Source: an uncultured Desulfobacteraceae bacterium
GTDB lineage: Bacteria > Desulfobacterota > DSM-4660 > Desulfatiglandales > HGW-15
Direction of reading: 5' to 3'
DNA: 64,000 bases
Assembly (NCBI GenBank): GCA_964644375.1
Contig: CAZXWJ010000001.1
Location: forward strand, 2,124 to 66,123
This document shows positions 60,970-64,000 of the stretch, piece by piece. The translations under genes were made by a program, and so were the position numbers. Numbering within the stretch: the stretch's first letter is position 1; the number at the start of each line of letters is the position of its first letter. The notes under the pieces were generated by a model. The model did no database searches. It saw nothing but the letters and a program-made list of their open reading frames with translations, and was not told the origin of the DNA.

Positions 60970-62907
60970 TTGGTTAGAAAAAAGAAAAAAAAACCTCGAC
61001 CCTATAGGGCCGTTTCCTGGCTCATCTTTTTTATCCTGGTGGGGACGTTGACACTTGTTTGGTGGCTTCGGCCCCATTTCTTTCCCTCCTCTCCTCAGTT
61101 CAATTTTCTTTTGGTCGAAAGGAATGGCCAGTCCCTGAAACTCCTCAAGGGAGAGGTCCTTCATCTCAACCCGCAGGATCAATTCCGGATCAGGAAAATC
61201 TCATCCAACCGTTTCCTCAGTCAGGGAATACGGCTCTTTTCCAAAGAATTCGATGTGAATGCCTTTCTCCATGATGCCCCGGCCATTTCCGACTTTTTAC
61301 CTAATGGGGATATTTTCAGCCGGTATGATTTCAAGGTTGAATTGAAGTACCGCAATCGCGCCCTGGGCCATGTAAACATCCTGATCGAACCCGATCTCGG
61401 GGATTGGCTGGCCAAGGCGGATAGAACCATCGACGGGGTTCGAAAGATTGCCCTCCTTGAAAAGGCCCTGACCCATGAGCCCGATAACACCCGGTTGACA
61501 GAGAAACTGATTGAGGCCTATAAATCCGGCAAAAAATGGTCGCAAGCTGCGGCGGCGCTTGAAAAAACGGCTGAGAAGCGCCCCGATCTCAAGGTTTTGA
61601 ATGACCTGCTCGAGATATATGAGAACCTATCCAATCGTGAAGGGATTATTTCAGTTGCAAAACGATTGATTCCCCTGAACCCCGATGATGCCGCCCTCAA
61701 GATTCGCCTGGCCGACTTATTGGAAGAAGCCGGAAAATTGGGGGAAGCCATTACCGCCTATGAAGCGGCGTTAAAAAACATGGACAAAGAGGAAAGGGTG
61801 CCCGTTTATAAGACCCTTGGGTACCTCTATATGCGGACCGATCAACCCGAAAAAGCCATTACCTGCTATCTCAACGCACTTGAGGGGGATCAGAAAGACG
61901 TCAATCTCTATTACAACCTCGCCGACCTCTATGAAAGATCAGGGCAGCAGGCCAAGGCCGATGGTTATCTCACTAAGGCACTGGAACTGAAGACAGAAGA
62001 TATAGAGGGTCGGTTGGGCCTTGCGGGCAGGCTTATTCAGAGGGGGAAACTGAAACAGGCCGAAGCGTATCTGAACGAAGTTCTCAAAAAAAATCCCAAT
62101 TCACTTGAGGCCTTGATTTTTTTGATGACTATCGCAGAGAAACGGGCGGACAAAGATGCGCTCCTGAAACTCTATCAAAAAATACATGCCCTTGATCCTA
62201 AAAATGAAACCGTCATCTTCAACCTTGGAGCTCTCGAATATGAGGCGGGAAGACTGGATAAAAGCGAACCCTATTTCAAGAAATACCTGGCAGGCCATCC
62301 CAAAGACAAAGAGACCCATGCCTTTCTTTTTGACATCTACAAGCGGTTGAAGAAAGACGATCTGGCCTTCAAAGAAGCCCAGGCCCTTGTTTCCCTGGAT
62401 CCAAAGGGTATGGCATCTTACTATTATATGGTTGAATATTTGAACGAACGCAGTGACTATAAAAAAATAATCGATATCACGAAAAAGGGTCTTGAAATTC
62501 AATCAGAGGACATGGATCTCAGAGAATATCTGGTCCTCGCTTACTTGAAAACGGGCAAAGAAGACTCGGCATTTCAAGAAATGCAGAAGATCCTTAAGAT
62601 GCGGCCCAAGGATGTTCTCATGCTTCTCCAGTTCGCTCAGCTTCAGGAAAAAAGAGGAAATTCAGAGGACGCCGTCGACACATACCAACGGATACTGGAT
62701 GTCTCCCCCGGGCACAAGAAGGCCAAGGAGGCAACCATCAGGTTGTTGCTCTGGAGGGCCGCCGATCTCGAAGAACAGGACGAGTTGAAAAAGGCCCTTG
62801 ATATCTACAGAAAAATATTGAAATTGTCTCCCGGTCAGGAAGAGGCCGAAGAGGCCTATTTGAGGCTGCGCTTGGAGGTGTTGCCCGGTGAAGCAGAAAG
62901 ACCATAA
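60970..62907 (+). CDS. Tetratricopeptide (TPR) repeat protein with N-terminal membrane anchor
   Basis: 645 aa. Basic N-terminus plus a TM helix, then more than 10 TPR-like 34-aa repeats (A..Y...L..). Confidence 0.8.
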   Translation: MVRKKKKKPRPYRAVSWLIFFILVGTLTLVWWLRPHFFPSSPQFNFLLVERNGQSLKLLKGEVLHLNPQDQFRIRKISSNRFLSQGIRLFSKEFDVNAFLHDAPAISDFLPNGDIFSRYDFKVELKYRNRALGHVNILIEPDLGDWLAKADRTIDGVRKIALLEKALTHEPDNTRLTEKLIEAYKSGKKWSQAAAALEKTAEKRPDLKVLNDLLEIYENLSNREGIISVAKRLIPLNPDDAALKIRLADLLEEAGKLGEAITAYEAALKNMDKEERVPVYKTLGYLYMRTDQPEKAITCYLNALEGDQKDVNLYYNLADLYERSGQQAKADGYLTKALELKTEDIEGRLGLAGRLIQRGKLKQAEAYLNEVLKKNPNSLEALIFLMTIAEKRADKDALLKLYQKIHALDPKNETVIFNLGALEYEAGRLDKSEPYFKKYLAGHPKDKETHAFLFDIYKRLKKDDLAFKEAQALVSLDPKGMASYYYMVEYLNERSDYKKIIDITKKGLEIQSEDMDLREYLVLAYLKTGKEDSAFQEMQKILKMRPKDVLMLLQFAQLQEKRGNSEDAVDTYQRILDVSPGHKKAKEATIRLLLWRAADLEEQDELKKALDIYRKILKLSPGQEEAEEAYLRLRLEVLPGEAERP

Positions 62908-63313
62908 GCCCCATTATCATGTCACGGCCGGGCTAATATGGCAAAAAAACAGGATATTGATTACCAGGCGTCCCGAAGGGACGCACATGGCAGGATTTTG
63001 GGAATTTCCAGGAGGCAAGCAGGAACCCCGGGAGACCCTGGAAGAGTGTCTGGAGAGGGAACTGAAAGAGGAATTAGGACTTACCGTTCGGACGGACAGG
63101 CACCTGATCACCGTCGAGCATGAGTACGATGACAAGTTGATTACCCTCCACGTCTTTTATTGCCGCGACTTGAAAGGCCAGCCGATGAATTTGGAGGGGC
63201 AGGAATACCGATGGATCCATCCCGACAACCTTTCCAGTTACACCTTTCCGCCACCTGACGAGGCCGTCATTGAAGCCTTGAGAGCCCATGGGCAACCCGC
63301 AGAGGAAGGTTAA
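62888..63313 (+). CDS. NUDIX hydrolase (MutT/8-oxo-dGTPase-like)
   Basis: Nudix box GFWEFPGGKQEPRETLEECLERELKEELGL. GTG start overlaps the end of the TPR gene. Confidence 0.85.
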   Translation: MKQKDHKPHYHVTAGLIWQKNRILITRRPEGTHMAGFWEFPGGKQEPRETLEECLERELKEELGLTVRTDRHLITVEHEYDDKLITLHVFYCRDLKGQPMNLEGQEYRWIHPDNLSSYTFPPPDEAVIEALRAHGQPAEEG

Positions 63314-63477
63314 GTCCAAAACCTGGCATGGCAAAGGAGGGAGAAACGTTTCGCCCGCCTTGGCGATGATCTTGTGAGAATCCCCGGACAGCCTTTTTCC
63401 GAGCAATTTCAAAGAGACTGGAACGACCCATCAAGCTCTGAATGCGTTTTAAAACACTTTCCAATTACAATTAATTA

Positions 63478-64000
63478 TTATCCGTTGATTTTTTCTTTCA
63501 AGGCGTCGGCAATTTTGAAGAGATCGCCCACGACGCCATAATCGGCTACTCTGAATATGGGGGCCTTCTTATCCTTATTAACCGCAATGACGGTTCCGGC
63601 CCCACCGATGCCGGCCACGTGTTGAAAGGCGCCGCTTATACCAAAGGCGAGGTAAACCTTGGGCTTGACGGTCTTGCCTGAGGTCCCCACCTGATGATAT
63701 TTGGGCAGCCAGTTTTTGTCTACCACGGGGCGGGAACAGGAAATCATCCCACCCATAAGTTCCGCAAGCGCCTTCATCTTTTCTAAATTATCTTCTTCAC
63801 CAATTCCCCGGCCAATAGAGACCAACAGATCGGCCTGCGTGATATCCACATCCCCGGCTCCCGTTTCCGCATATTCCACGAACTGTCTGCGTTCTTCCGG
63901 GAGGCCGGACGGCATATTCATCTCAATCACTTCTCCCTCCCCTTCACCTACCACGTCCTGTGGAAAGGCTCCGGCCCGCATAGTAATCAGATATCCTTCG
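63478..64000 (-). CDS. etfA: Electron transfer flavoprotein alpha subunit, C-terminal part (5' end outside window)
   Basis: C-terminal FAD-binding block SRPVVDKNWLPKYHQVGTSGKTVKPKVYLAFGISGAFQHVAG...VIAVNKDKKAPIF. The frame stays open to the window edge. Confidence 0.88.
   Translation of the reverse strand, partial: EGYLITMRAGAFPQDVVGEGEGEVIEMNMPSGLPEERRQFVEYAETGAGDVDITQADLLVSIGRGIGEEDNLEKMKALAELMGGMISCSRPVVDKNWLPKYHQVGTSGKTVKPKVYLAFGISGAFQHVAGIGGAGTVIAVNKDKKAPIFRVADYGVVGDLFKIADALKEKING

Overview
64-kb chromosomal segment at about 50% GC, densely coded on both strands and almost entirely housekeeping. Gene content and synteny suggest an anaerobic Desulfobacterota (deltaproteobacterium-like) genome; this is an inference. 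Recognisable blocks, in order:
- Envelope glycosyltransferases.
- A thiolase-like/DUF35 pair with an XRE-cupin regulator and a divergent acyl-CoA dehydrogenase.
- An MsbA-like ABC exporter, then YggU and YggT.
- Nif3, a Zn-ribbon protein and RNase P RNA.
- tRNA-Met, rpoD, dnaG and a YqeY-domain gene.
- hisB, a lipoprotein gene and hisA.
- tRNA-Leu with an integrase remnant, then ribF.
- A complete rnfCDGEAB-apbE operon.
- hflX, dnaB, rplI, a DUF2232 gene, rpsR and rpsF.
- An inositol monophosphatase (IMPase) family gene, an MBL-fold hydrolase gene, a HU/IHF-like gene and clpB.
- A lytic transglycosylase gene, purC, grpE, dnaK and an LpoA-like lipoprotein gene.
- tatC, a TatA/B-family gene, a GNAT gene, a SPOR-domain gene and argS.
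- queA, tgt, yajC, secD and secF, then a TPR protein, a NUDIX hydrolase and the 3' end of etfA.

No CRISPR array, intact mobile element or defence system was seen.

The most unusual signals are in the rnf operon:
1. rnfB is interrupted by an in-frame TGA exactly at the first cysteine of its N-terminal Fe-S motif, with a SECIS-like hairpin 10 nt downstream. This points to a selenocysteine-containing RnfB.
2. rnfA carries a roughly 120-aa N-terminal lipoprotein/Ig-like extension.
3. rnfD appears to need a non-canonical start codon.

A second point of interest is a thiolase-fold protein in which both catalytic cysteines appear to be substituted. It is paired with a DUF35 Zn-ribbon/OB protein.

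All family calls rest on motif recognition by eye. No database search was run.
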